Assembly (NCBI GenBank): GCA_037142615.1
Contig: JBAXAI010000001.1
Span: forward strand, 288,001 to 352,000
From: Spirochaetales bacterium
GTDB taxonomy: Bacteria; Spirochaetota; Spirochaetia; JABEVK01
DNA: 64,000 nt
Direction: 5' to 3'
A program made the position numbers and the translations under genes. The notes under the pieces were generated by a model. That model was given only the letters and a program-made list of their open reading frames with translations. It was not told where the DNA came from and searched no databases. Positions 19,699 to 27,825 of this stretch are shown here, piece by piece. How positions within the stretch are numbered: the stretch's first letter is position 1; every line of letters starts with the position of its first letter.

Positions 19699-20517
19699 TC
19701 AAGGAACAGGAAGTTCAACAGGCCGCAGAGTCCCGGTACCTTTGGAGGTCCAATCAATATTGGAATACCGTGCATACGCCCATTGATCGGCTCGTTCTGT
19801 CTCGGCAGGGCCAAGGTTCGAAGGCTCAAGAAGGATTCCCAGACACAATTCGAGGTTACTGGCCAAGCGATCCCCTAGCGCGTCTGTCGCCTCACGATAG
19901 CCCAGGGAATCCAGATCGGTCACTTTTTCTGGAACCGGGAGAAACTCTGGGGCGAAGAGAGTTCCCAGGGCTGACCAATCCAGTCGGAAAGGGATCGAGC
20001 CGTGCTGGAAAACGAACCCGCGCTCGCGCCTCTGGGCGTTGCCGCCAAGTTTTCGGCCGTCCACAAGAATGTCGTACGCTTCGGTTCCCGCGAAACAGGC
20101 GGGAGTCACAGCGCCAAGACTAGGGGCAGGCCCGAGGTCCTTCGCGAAACCGGCCTCGTAGCCCAATTCCTTCCAAGTAGCGAGAAGGAAACCGCACAGG
20201 CGCTCATAAGTCGCCTTGACCCCGGAGGTGTCCAAGTCCTCGGCGCGAAACCCCAGACTATAGGTCAATTCCCGGTCGTGCCAGATGGCGCCGCCTCCGG
20301 TACTGCGCCGAACGACCGGAAACCGGTCGAGCACTCCCGGCAATAATCCCGTCGAGGTGTTCTGAAACCGCCCCAGCGAGAGGCAGGCAGGTTCCCAAGT
20401 GTAGAGGCGAAAAAAGGGTTGGAACTGCCGGGACATCGACTCGAGCAGTGTGTGATCGACCGCCATGTTCCACGCCCCGGAAGCGGAGCCGGAACGCAGG
20501 AAGCGCCATTTCGTCAT
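19699..20517 (-). CDS. Lipoate-protein ligase family, LipM-like octanoyltransferase (catalytic domain only)
   Basis: WNMAVD, RRSTGGGAIWHD, GRKLGGNAQRR, QHGSI; ATGA overlap with gcvH-like gene. Confidence 0.88.
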   Translation of the reverse strand: MTKWRFLRSGSASGAWNMAVDHTLLESMSRQFQPFFRLYTWEPACLSLGRFQNTSTGLLPGVLDRFPVVRRSTGGGAIWHDRELTYSLGFRAEDLDTSGVKATYERLCGFLLATWKELGYEAGFAKDLGPAPSLGAVTPACFAGTEAYDILVDGRKLGGNAQRRERGFVFQHGSIPFRLDWSALGTLFAPEFLPVPEKVTDLDSLGYREATDALGDRLASNLELCLGILLEPSNLGPAETERADQWAYARYSNIDWTSKGTGTLRPVELPVP

Positions 20518-20882
20518 TCCCGATGGACCTTTGCTCTCCAGGCCACCTCGGTAAGGAGGGGTTCGAGGTCTCCTGGAACAACGTTTGCCAGCTCGATGAG
20601 CCATGCCTCACCTTCGGGGTCCTGATTGAGCAGTCCAGGGTTTCCAGACACCGCGGCGTTTACCAAGCGGACGGTTCCCGAGACCGGCGGGTGAAAGTCC
20701 GTGGCTGCCTTTACGGCTTCGATGACTGCTGCGGGGGAGTCGGGAGCAACTCTGGTGCCGACGAGAGGCAACTCTATGAACGTGACGTCGCCAAGATCGC
20801 TGACATTTTCGACGGAAAGTCCGACGCGCCAGCCCGATTCCACGGCTTCGACCCATTCTCCGGAGAGCGAGAAAAGCTTCAT
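20514..20882 (-). CDS. gcvH: Glycine cleavage H-like lipoyl carrier protein (divergent)
   Basis: EWV, LGDVTFIELP, IEAVKAA lipoyl-Lys motif, PVSGTV..VN, LLNQDP...WL. Confidence 0.85.
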   Translation of the reverse strand: MKLFSLSGEWVEAVESGWRVGLSVENVSDLGDVTFIELPLVGTRVAPDSPAAVIEAVKAATDFHPPVSGTVRLVNAAVSGNPGLLNQDPEGEAWLIELANVVPGDLEPLLTEVAWRAKVHRE

Positions 20883-21757
20883 AGGTCTTGTACCTCCGAG
20901 GCACGGTAGGAGCTTCTTACCAGCGGACCCGAAGCGACGTGCCGGAAACCCAGCGAAAGGGCACTTCGCTTCAGCTGAACAAACTCCTCAGGCGTGTAGA
21001 ATTTACGCACCTCGAGGTGATGAACGGTCGGTTGCAAGTACTGCCCCAAGGTCAGGAAATCTGTGCCGACGGTGCGGAGGTCCTTCATTGCCTCCAAAAG
21101 TTCCTCCGTGGATTCACCAAGTCCCACCATCAGGCTGGACTTGGTCTTCAGACCACGGGACTTGTAAAAAGAAAGGCAAGCCAGAGTCTTTTCGTAACCG
21201 GCCCGCACGTCGCGCACAGGATGGGTCAGGCGCCGCACGGTCTCGAGATTCTGGGCGGCGATGTAGGGTTGGCTATCGGCTAGGATCGCCATTCTCGCCG
21301 GATCCGCGCCGAAGTCGGGCACCAAAGCTTCCACTTTTGTCGCAGGGTGTGCCCGGTGCACCGCGTCAATCACGTCGGCAAAATGCTGGGCACCGTGGTC
21401 GGGTAGATCGTCACGGTCGACGCTGGTGATGACCACATGCGACAATCCCATGAAAGTAACCAACTCCACCGTGGATTGCACTTCCCGGGCCTCAACGAGT
21501 CCTGCCGGGTGCCCTGTCTTGACGTGGCAGAAGCGGCAACCCCGGGTGCACGTGTCCCCCAAGATCATGATTGTGGCCGTGTGACTGCTCCAGCATTCGT
21601 TGAGGTTCGGGCATGAAGCTTCGACACAAACGGTGTGTAGTCCCTTTTCCCTCAAATTGGACCTCAGATCGTGAAACTCATCGCTGCGTCTTCCCTGAAC
21701 TTTGAGCCAGTCAGGTTTTCGAAGTTGGGCAAGTTCAGACAAAGAAGCTCTCCTCAT
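20879..21757 (-). CDS. lipA: Lipoyl synthase (radical SAM)
   Basis: KPDWLK, CVEASCPNLNEC (CX4CX5C), CTRGCRFC, TSVDRDDL, GQYLQP, RSSY. Confidence 0.96.
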   Translation of the reverse strand: MRRASLSELAQLRKPDWLKVQGRRSDEFHDLRSNLREKGLHTVCVEASCPNLNECWSSHTATIMILGDTCTRGCRFCHVKTGHPAGLVEAREVQSTVELVTFMGLSHVVITSVDRDDLPDHGAQHFADVIDAVHRAHPATKVEALVPDFGADPARMAILADSQPYIAAQNLETVRRLTHPVRDVRAGYEKTLACLSFYKSRGLKTKSSLMVGLGESTEELLEAMKDLRTVGTDFLTLGQYLQPTVHHLEVRKFYTPEEFVQLKRSALSLGFRHVASGPLVRSSYRASEVQDL

Positions 21758-22367
21758 GGATGCGTGCTGGTTCTATCCCGAGCGTAGCCAATTGCTCGCT
21801 GCAACTCTGGATCATCCGGGGGTTCCCGCAAAGATAATACTGATGACCGGGTCCAATCGGAAAGCTCTCGTTCACACGGATGTGGCGTCGAGGCTCTTCC
21901 CGTGAGAAGTACCACTGAACGTCACATCGACTTTCCAGAAACTCGCTGAAAAGGGCTTCTGCCCGACTTCTGACCCCGAAGTACAGCCTGGGCCTGAAGT
22001 TCGAGGGGCCGCGCAGGCAGGCGACAAATGGCGAAATACCAGTTCCCGTCGCCAGCCAGACCTCGGATTCGGATTGGCCAGGCGCAAACCCGCCAAAGGG
22101 TGTCCCCAAACCTACGAGGTCACCAGGCCTGCGACTAGCCAGCCAGGTACTGAACTGCCCCTCTGACGGGACGGTGGCAGGACTCCGGATCAAGAAGCGA
22201 AGCTCCGACTGCGAAGGGTGGGACGAAAAACTGTAGGGCCTCGAGTCTACCCCGTCGTCGCGAATCAGCAGGGTGCAGTCGCCCGCACGATACTCCAAAC
22301 CCTCCCGGCTCACTACCAGCTCAAAGACCTCGGTTGTCAGCCAATGGGTAGAACGGACAATCGCCAA
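21735..22367 (-). CDS. Ferredoxin/flavodoxin-NADP+ reductase-like oxidoreductase (paralog 3, coupled to lipA)
   Basis: RPYSFSS, PFG, LATGTGISPF, FGVR, YLCGNPRM, EESFFV; overlaps lipA start by 23 nt. Confidence 0.88.
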   Translation of the reverse strand: MAIVRSTHWLTTEVFELVVSREGLEYRAGDCTLLIRDDGVDSRPYSFSSHPSQSELRFLIRSPATVPSEGQFSTWLASRRPGDLVGLGTPFGGFAPGQSESEVWLATGTGISPFVACLRGPSNFRPRLYFGVRSRAEALFSEFLESRCDVQWYFSREEPRRHIRVNESFPIGPGHQYYLCGNPRMIQSCSEQLATLGIEPARIHEESFFV

Positions 22368-22373
22368 TCGGGC

Positions 22374-22652
22374 CTACTCACGCTTTCCGGTCACTTTGAT
22401 CACGTGGTAGCCGAAACTTGTCGAAACCACGTCGCTCAGGCTCCCAACGCCCAGGCGCCGAACTGCCGCCTCAAAGGCGGGCACCATTTTGCCTGCGCCA
22501 AACCAACCCAGATCGCCACCGGAAGTCCGTGAAGGGCAGGTCGAATGTTCGCGGGCCAGCGATTCAAAGGACGCGCCCTGCTTAAGCCGCTTGAGCACCT
22601 CCGTTGCGAGATTTCTATCCCTAACGAGGATATGACTGGCTTTCCACTCCAT
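22374..22652 (-). CDS. ppiC: Parvulin peptidyl-prolyl cis-trans isomerase (PpiC-like)
   Basis: ASHILV, FESLAREHSTCPS..GGDLGWF..G.MVPAFE, FGYHVI; TAATG coupling. Confidence 0.92.
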   Translation of the reverse strand: MEWKASHILVRDRNLATEVLKRLKQGASFESLAREHSTCPSRTSGGDLGWFGAGKMVPAFEAAVRRLGVGSLSDVVSTSFGYHVIKVTGKRE

Positions 22653-23917
22653 TACAGTGCCTCCAACACGCAAGTCGAAGGAACGAGGAGAAACTCGGGC
22701 CCTTCAAAGTTCTCCCAGCTCCCAATTTCGCGCGAGAACTGGGCCCGTGACAGCGCATCACGTAGGTTTCCCTTCAGAGCGAAGCCGAAGACGGGCGTCT
22801 TGTGTGAACCTGAATGAAAGTCCGCTAGTTCCACTTCCGCCACAAACTCGCCTGTGCTTTCCTCAATGTCCGCTGTCCTGAGCCGATGAACTTCGAGAAC
22901 CTCTTGGCCGGCAAGTTGCCGGAGGTCCGCTGTACCGGGGGAAACAGCGAGATTGCGGTTGAGCCCGGTGAGGGGCACGCCAAGCCAGTGGGCCGTTTCC
23001 TGATTGGTCAGGAAGTTCTGCACAACGCCGTCTTTGACGAGCGATTGGGTTTTGAGGATGGTCCCCTGATCATCAAAGAGCGCAGTTTCCGGTGAATCAT
23101 ACAAGAGCACCAGCGCGTTGAGAGTCACCAGATCCCCCGTCGATTCGCGACCCCAGAGCGTTTGAGCCCTCGTCAGGGTTGAAGCTCCGGAATAGAGGGA
23201 CGGCCCTCTTAGTTGACGCATCACATAGGCGAAAACCTGCTGTACGGCCTGCCCACGGATCACTACCGGGAACTCCTTTCGGGGTCGGGCAAAAGGAACC
23301 GCTCGCGAGGTTCCCAGCGTCAAGCGCCCTTGCTCTTTGAGGAAGTTCGAAAAAAGGGCCGGCGAAAACTCAGAAAAGTGAAGCTCCCCATGGAAAGGGT
23401 GAGCTTCCGGTTGCCCTTTCGGCAACAGGAACACCTCGAGATACCCCACATAGCGAATGTCGTCGAGCTCGTGGCCGGACGAATCTCGATACCTCAATTC
23501 CTGTCGGCTCAGGCGTATGAATTCATTCTGGAGCTCGAAATCGTTGCCGGCCACCGCCTCGAGAAGGGTCTGACGAATGGGCTCTATCCAGTCGGTCAGG
23601 GCCTGCTTTGAGAGGCTGGAGGTCTTGGAAGGCAGGGAACCCGGACGCTCCAAACTGACTGGATACCAAGGGTCACTACCCAACTCGGCCCGTTGTTCCG
23701 CCTCCGCCAATTGCTGGCCAGGAGGGAATCTCAGGTCTGATCCAGGCACTTCAAAAGAGGCCTTTCCTGTGAACTTTCTCCCGTCGCGAAAAAAATCACG
23801 ATACACCGTGAAGGTGGTGTCAACCGCCGTCTCTTCGTGGACCGACAGACCCTCCACCTTCGGGTGCGAGGCATGAACCGTCGAGGAATAGGTACTCAGG
23901 CTTTTCCAAGGATTCAT
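22652..23917 (-). CDS. TldD/PmbA family protein (PmbA/TldE-like, no HExxxH)
   Basis: FDDQG......LVKDGVV..F, N.AVSPG, GEF..E, GNL motifs; GGAGG RBS. Confidence 0.7.
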   Translation of the reverse strand: MNPWKSLSTYSSTVHASHPKVEGLSVHEETAVDTTFTVYRDFFRDGRKFTGKASFEVPGSDLRFPPGQQLAEAEQRAELGSDPWYPVSLERPGSLPSKTSSLSKQALTDWIEPIRQTLLEAVAGNDFELQNEFIRLSRQELRYRDSSGHELDDIRYVGYLEVFLLPKGQPEAHPFHGELHFSEFSPALFSNFLKEQGRLTLGTSRAVPFARPRKEFPVVIRGQAVQQVFAYVMRQLRGPSLYSGASTLTRAQTLWGRESTGDLVTLNALVLLYDSPETALFDDQGTILKTQSLVKDGVVQNFLTNQETAHWLGVPLTGLNRNLAVSPGTADLRQLAGQEVLEVHRLRTADIEESTGEFVAEVELADFHSGSHKTPVFGFALKGNLRDALSRAQFSREIGSWENFEGPEFLLVPSTCVLEAL

Positions 23918-23980
23918 GGGGGCCTCCCTTTTGAGCATGGTCCGGGTATGCGACCTTGGTCAAGAGCACCAAAATTGCGG

Positions 23981-23986
23981 TATACT
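23981..23986 (+). promoter_or_regulatory. Putative -10 element of ribD-like gene (leaderless)
   Basis: TATACT-N6-ATG; weak -35 TGGTCA 18 nt upstream; no SD. Confidence 0.55.
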
Positions 23987-23992
23987 CACCAG

Positions 23993-24658
23993 ATGCCAAC
24001 TGTCTTGCCGCGCCCCTATGTAACCGTCAGCTACGGGCAGTCCCTCGACGGTCGGATCGCCACCCGTACCGGAGACAGCCAATGGATCGGGGGAGCCCTG
24101 AGCCTTCAGTTGGCGCACGAACTACGACGCGACAATGAGGTCATTTTGGTCGGCATTGGCACGGTTCTGCGCGACAATCCGCGGCTGACCTGCCGGCTTC
24201 CCGGCGGGCGAAACCCCACCCGTGTCGTGCTTGACTCGGACTTGCGGATTCCGGTGAACAGCGCATTGGTCACAGGGATAGCCGAGGCACCGACCTGGGT
24301 CATCTGCCGAGCAGGCGCCGATGCGGATCGCCGCCGGACTCTCGAATCGCTGGGAGTGGACGTCCACGAGATGGCGGACCTGCCTGCGCTGCTGGCGTGG
24401 CTGACTTCGCGGGGGATTTCAACCGTGTTCGTGGAAGGCGGCGCCCAGGTGATAACAGCCTTTCTCGGAGCCCGTTTGGTGGACCGACTTCTTGTGGTCA
24501 CGGCCCCGTTTGTGATCGGAACAGGCATCGAAGCGATTGGAAACTTGAACTCAACCGTGCTGGCCGAGGTTGAGCGCCCCTTGCGTTGGCGGCGCTGGGA
24601 ACTCGGAGACGACCTGGCTACTGAGTTGATCTACCGGGAGTTTCCTGGAACCTCGTAG
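23993..24658 (+). CDS. Stand-alone RibD C-terminal (pyrimidine reductase/DHFR-like) domain protein
   Basis: RPYVTVSYGQSLDGRIA..G.SQWI, LVGIGTVL.DNP.L, VEGG; no deaminase domain. Confidence 0.88.
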   Translation: MPTVLPRPYVTVSYGQSLDGRIATRTGDSQWIGGALSLQLAHELRRDNEVILVGIGTVLRDNPRLTCRLPGGRNPTRVVLDSDLRIPVNSALVTGIAEAPTWVICRAGADADRRRTLESLGVDVHEMADLPALLAWLTSRGISTVFVEGGAQVITAFLGARLVDRLLVVTAPFVIGTGIEAIGNLNSTVLAEVERPLRWRRWELGDDLATELIYREFPGTS

Positions 24659-25202
24659 CGAAGAACCCGAAAAGGCTTCCCAGCACGCCTCCGACAATGT
24701 GGGCGAACTGGCTGACGTTGTCGTTCTTGAACGCGTCCATCACTTCTTTGCCAAGGTAGAGCACGATGACACCAACGAAGGTCAACGGGATTTCGCCGGC
24801 ACGGATGTTCGCAAACGAAGCCAGAATGATGAACAGGAAGACGATACCCGACGCCCCCAAGAGCGAAGTAGGAAACAAGAAGGTGTTGATCAGGCCCGTC
24901 GTTACGGCGGTAATGGCTGCCATCACGAGAATGGTGGGAGTCTGGTACTTTTCCTCGAGAATCGGTCCGAGCAAGAGCAAGAAGGCCAGGTTGCCCAGAA
25001 AGTGATCCCAGCCGGAGTGGCCCACCGAGTAGCCGACCAACCGCCAGTACGACCATACGTCATCGGCTCGGAACGAGCCTTGGCCTCCAACGGTGAAGTA
25101 GTTGGCGACCAGGTGCGGAACCAAGAACTGGTCGAGCACCAGAACGGCGGCACAGGCCAGGGAAAAGGTCAGGGTGAACGGTGCGTTATATCGGATTCTC
25201 AT
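24618..25202 (-). CDS. Rhomboid intramembrane serine protease
   Basis: H..W.H..GN, GASG catalytic Ser, AHIVGG catalytic His. Confidence 0.9.
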   Translation of the reverse strand: MRIRYNAPFTLTFSLACAAVLVLDQFLVPHLVANYFTVGGQGSFRADDVWSYWRLVGYSVGHSGWDHFLGNLAFLLLLGPILEEKYQTPTILVMAAITAVTTGLINTFLFPTSLLGASGIVFLFIILASFANIRAGEIPLTFVGVIVLYLGKEVMDAFKNDNVSQFAHIVGGVLGSLFGFFATRFQETPGRSTQ

Positions 25203-25235
25203 GGTTTCTCCTGCCTGCTGATCCTAAACAGGAAA

Positions 25236-25263
25236 TTGACAAGAATCCAGTAGCGGCTAGAAT
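25236..25263 (+). promoter_or_regulatory. Putative sigma70 promoter of plsC-parE-parC
   Basis: TTGACA-N16-TAGAAT, followed by GGAGG RBS. Confidence 0.65.
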
Positions 25264-25279
25264 GGGGTTGGGAGGGGCA

Positions 25280-26023
25280 ATGGTCTACTTTTCTTTGGTC
25301 TACTGGCTGGCGTTCTGGTTGTTCCTCTCCGTCTGCATGGCCGGGTTCATCCCCATCCACATTTTGAAACTTCTGGGTTTTCCCGAAGAGGCAAGCCGAT
25401 ACCTCGGGCGCTACGGCCGTTTTGTGACCCGCTGTATTTTGAAGGGAACAGGAGCCCGTTTGTATGTGGAAGGCTTGGAAAACGTGCCGGTCGGCAAGCC
25501 CTACTGCTACATATCCAACCATCAGGCGAATGCCGATGTCCTGTTGTTGATGGCCACGGTTCCCGAGGCAACCGGGTTTATCGCCAAGGTGGAACTCAGG
25601 AATCTTCCCCTTGTCAGGAATTGGATGCATCATATGGGTTGCTACTTCCTCAAGCGGGACAGTCTCAAGGACGGGCTCAAGGCCATCCTGTACGGTGCGG
25701 CCGAGGTCAAGAAAGGTCACCCGATGATCATATTTCCAGAAGGAACTCGAAGTCAGGGGCCCGTCATGCTTCCTTTCCGCAGGGGAGGGGTCAAACTCGC
25801 CACAAAGGCCAAGGCCCTGGCCGTCCCCGTTTCTGTGCACGGGACTTTCCGTGTCTTTGAGCAAAAGGGCTACTTCCGGCCAGCATGGATTGGGATACGC
25901 TTCCATCCTCCGCTGGACACTGCGCGACTGCGCGGGGCCGACGAGGACGCCTTTGCTGATCAAGTCCGTTCTACCATCGAGCAGGGGGTTTCCCATCTGC
26001 GATCTCTCGAGATTCCAAGGTAA
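25280..26023 (+). CDS. plsC: 1-acyl-sn-glycerol-3-phosphate acyltransferase
   Basis: NHQANAD (HX4D), FIAK.EL, FPEGTRS. Confidence 0.92.
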   Translation: MVYFSLVYWLAFWLFLSVCMAGFIPIHILKLLGFPEEASRYLGRYGRFVTRCILKGTGARLYVEGLENVPVGKPYCYISNHQANADVLLLMATVPEATGFIAKVELRNLPLVRNWMHHMGCYFLKRDSLKDGLKAILYGAAEVKKGHPMIIFPEGTRSQGPVMLPFRRGGVKLATKAKALAVPVSVHGTFRVFEQKGYFRPAWIGIRFHPPLDTARLRGADEDAFADQVRSTIEQGVSHLRSLEIPR

Positions 26024-26025
26024 CC

Positions 26026-27825
26026 ATGGCAAAAGAAGCTTCCCCTCCCATTTATGACGAAAATACCATCAAAACCCTCAGTTCGCTGGAGCACATCCGT
26101 TTGCGCTCGGGCATGTACATCGGTCGGCTCGGCGATGGCAGCAATCTTGACGACGGTATTTACATCCTGCTTAAGGAAGTGGTTGACAACTCCATTGACG
26201 AGTACATCATGGGGCACGGAAAAAGGATCGATGTTTCCCTGGACGGCGAAAAGGCCACGATCCGCGACTATGGACGCGGGATTCCGCTGGGAAAAGTGGT
26301 GGCTGCCGTATCGATCATCAACACGGGAGCAAAGTACAACGACGACGTTTTTCAGTTCTCGGTGGGTCTCAACGGGGTTGGTACAAAGGCGGTCAACGCG
26401 CTTTCAAGCCACTTCCTGGTTCGTTCCCATCGAGAGGGAGAGTTCTTTCAGGCGACCTTCAGCCAAGGGAAGCTCCTGGCCGAAGAGTCGGGTAAAAGCG
26501 AGGAGCCTAACGGAACCTACGTCGAGTTCGTCCCCGACCGTGATATCTTCCATGAGTTCAAGTTCAACACAGAGTTTATTCAGCAGCGGATGTGGAACTA
26601 CGCCTGCCTCAACTCGGGGCTTAAGCTGTATTTCAACAAAGAGAAGTTCGAGGCCAAGAACGGTTTGCTTGACCTTTTGGGTGCCGAAATCGGTGACAAG
26701 ATGGCGTACCCGATCTGCTGGTATAAGGGCCAACAAATCGAGTTTGCCTTTACCCACACCGAGAGTTACGGCGAAACGTACTTCAGCTTTGTCAACGGGC
26801 AGTACACCAGCGACGGGGGCACCCACCTGTCGGCCTTCCGGGAGGCCCAACTCAAGGGTATCAACGACTTCTACAAAGAAGCCTACAACGGGCTGGACGT
26901 TCGCGAAGGAATTGCCGCCGCCGTGTCAATCAAAGTGAAGAATCCTATCTTTGAGAGCCAAACCAAGAACAAGCTTGGCAACACGGATATTCGGGCCTGG
27001 ATACTCCAGGAAGTCCGGGAAGCCGTAGTGGACTTCTTGCATAAGGCTCCGGAAACGGCCCGCATCCTGAAGGATCGGATCATCTCGAACGAGAAACTCC
27101 GCAAGGAACTCAATTCGGTCAAGAAAGAAGCCAAGGAAGCCGCCAAGAAGATCGCGCTCAACATCCCCAAGCTCAAGGACTGCAAGTACCACGTCGAGGA
27201 CGGCGAAAAAGGCGCCAATTCGGTGATCTTCATCACCGAGGGACAATCCGCAGCCGGTTCGATGGTCACGTGCCGCGATGTCTATACTCAGGCCATTTAT
27301 GCTCTGCGCGGCAAACCCGAGAACCTTCATGGCAAGAAGCGGACCGAGATCTACAAGAACGAGGAACTCTTCAACCTCATGATGGCCTTGGGAATTGAAA
27401 ACGATGTCGAAACCCTGCGCTATGGAAAGATCATCATCGCCACCGATGCCGATACCGACGGCTTCCACATCCGCAACCTGCTGATGAGTTTCTTCCTGAA
27501 CTTTTTCGAGGAAATTGTTGTGGCCGGAAAAGTGTTCATCCTCGAAACGCCCCTGTTCCGGGTGCGCAACAAGAAGGTGACCCGCTACGCCTACAACGCA
27601 AAAGAGCGCGACGCCGCGCTTTCCGAGATTTCCAGTGCGGAAGTGACCCGCTTCAAGGGCCTTGGCGAAATCAGTCCCAGCGAGTTCGGTCAGTTCATCG
27701 GCAGCGACATCCGCCTCATCGACGTCAACATCCAAACGATCAAGACCATCGGCGAGACGCTCGACTTTTACATGGGCAAGAACACGCCCACCCGACGGCA
27801 ATTCATTATGGAGAACATGCGGTAA
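26026..27825 (+). CDS. parE: DNA topoisomerase IV subunit B
   Basis: EHIRLRSGMYIG, EVVDNSIDE, GLNGVG, ITEGQSA, LRGKP, ATDADTDG, RFKGLGE; short spirochaete/Bacteroidetes-type. Confidence 0.93.
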   Translation: MAKEASPPIYDENTIKTLSSLEHIRLRSGMYIGRLGDGSNLDDGIYILLKEVVDNSIDEYIMGHGKRIDVSLDGEKATIRDYGRGIPLGKVVAAVSIINTGAKYNDDVFQFSVGLNGVGTKAVNALSSHFLVRSHREGEFFQATFSQGKLLAEESGKSEEPNGTYVEFVPDRDIFHEFKFNTEFIQQRMWNYACLNSGLKLYFNKEKFEAKNGLLDLLGAEIGDKMAYPICWYKGQQIEFAFTHTESYGETYFSFVNGQYTSDGGTHLSAFREAQLKGINDFYKEAYNGLDVREGIAAAVSIKVKNPIFESQTKNKLGNTDIRAWILQEVREAVVDFLHKAPETARILKDRIISNEKLRKELNSVKKEAKEAAKKIALNIPKLKDCKYHVEDGEKGANSVIFITEGQSAAGSMVTCRDVYTQAIYALRGKPENLHGKKRTEIYKNEELFNLMMALGIENDVETLRYGKIIIATDADTDGFHIRNLLMSFFLNFFEEIVVAGKVFILETPLFRVRNKKVTRYAYNAKERDAALSEISSAEVTRFKGLGEISPSEFGQFIGSDIRLIDVNIQTIKTIGETLDFYMGKNTPTRRQFIMENMR

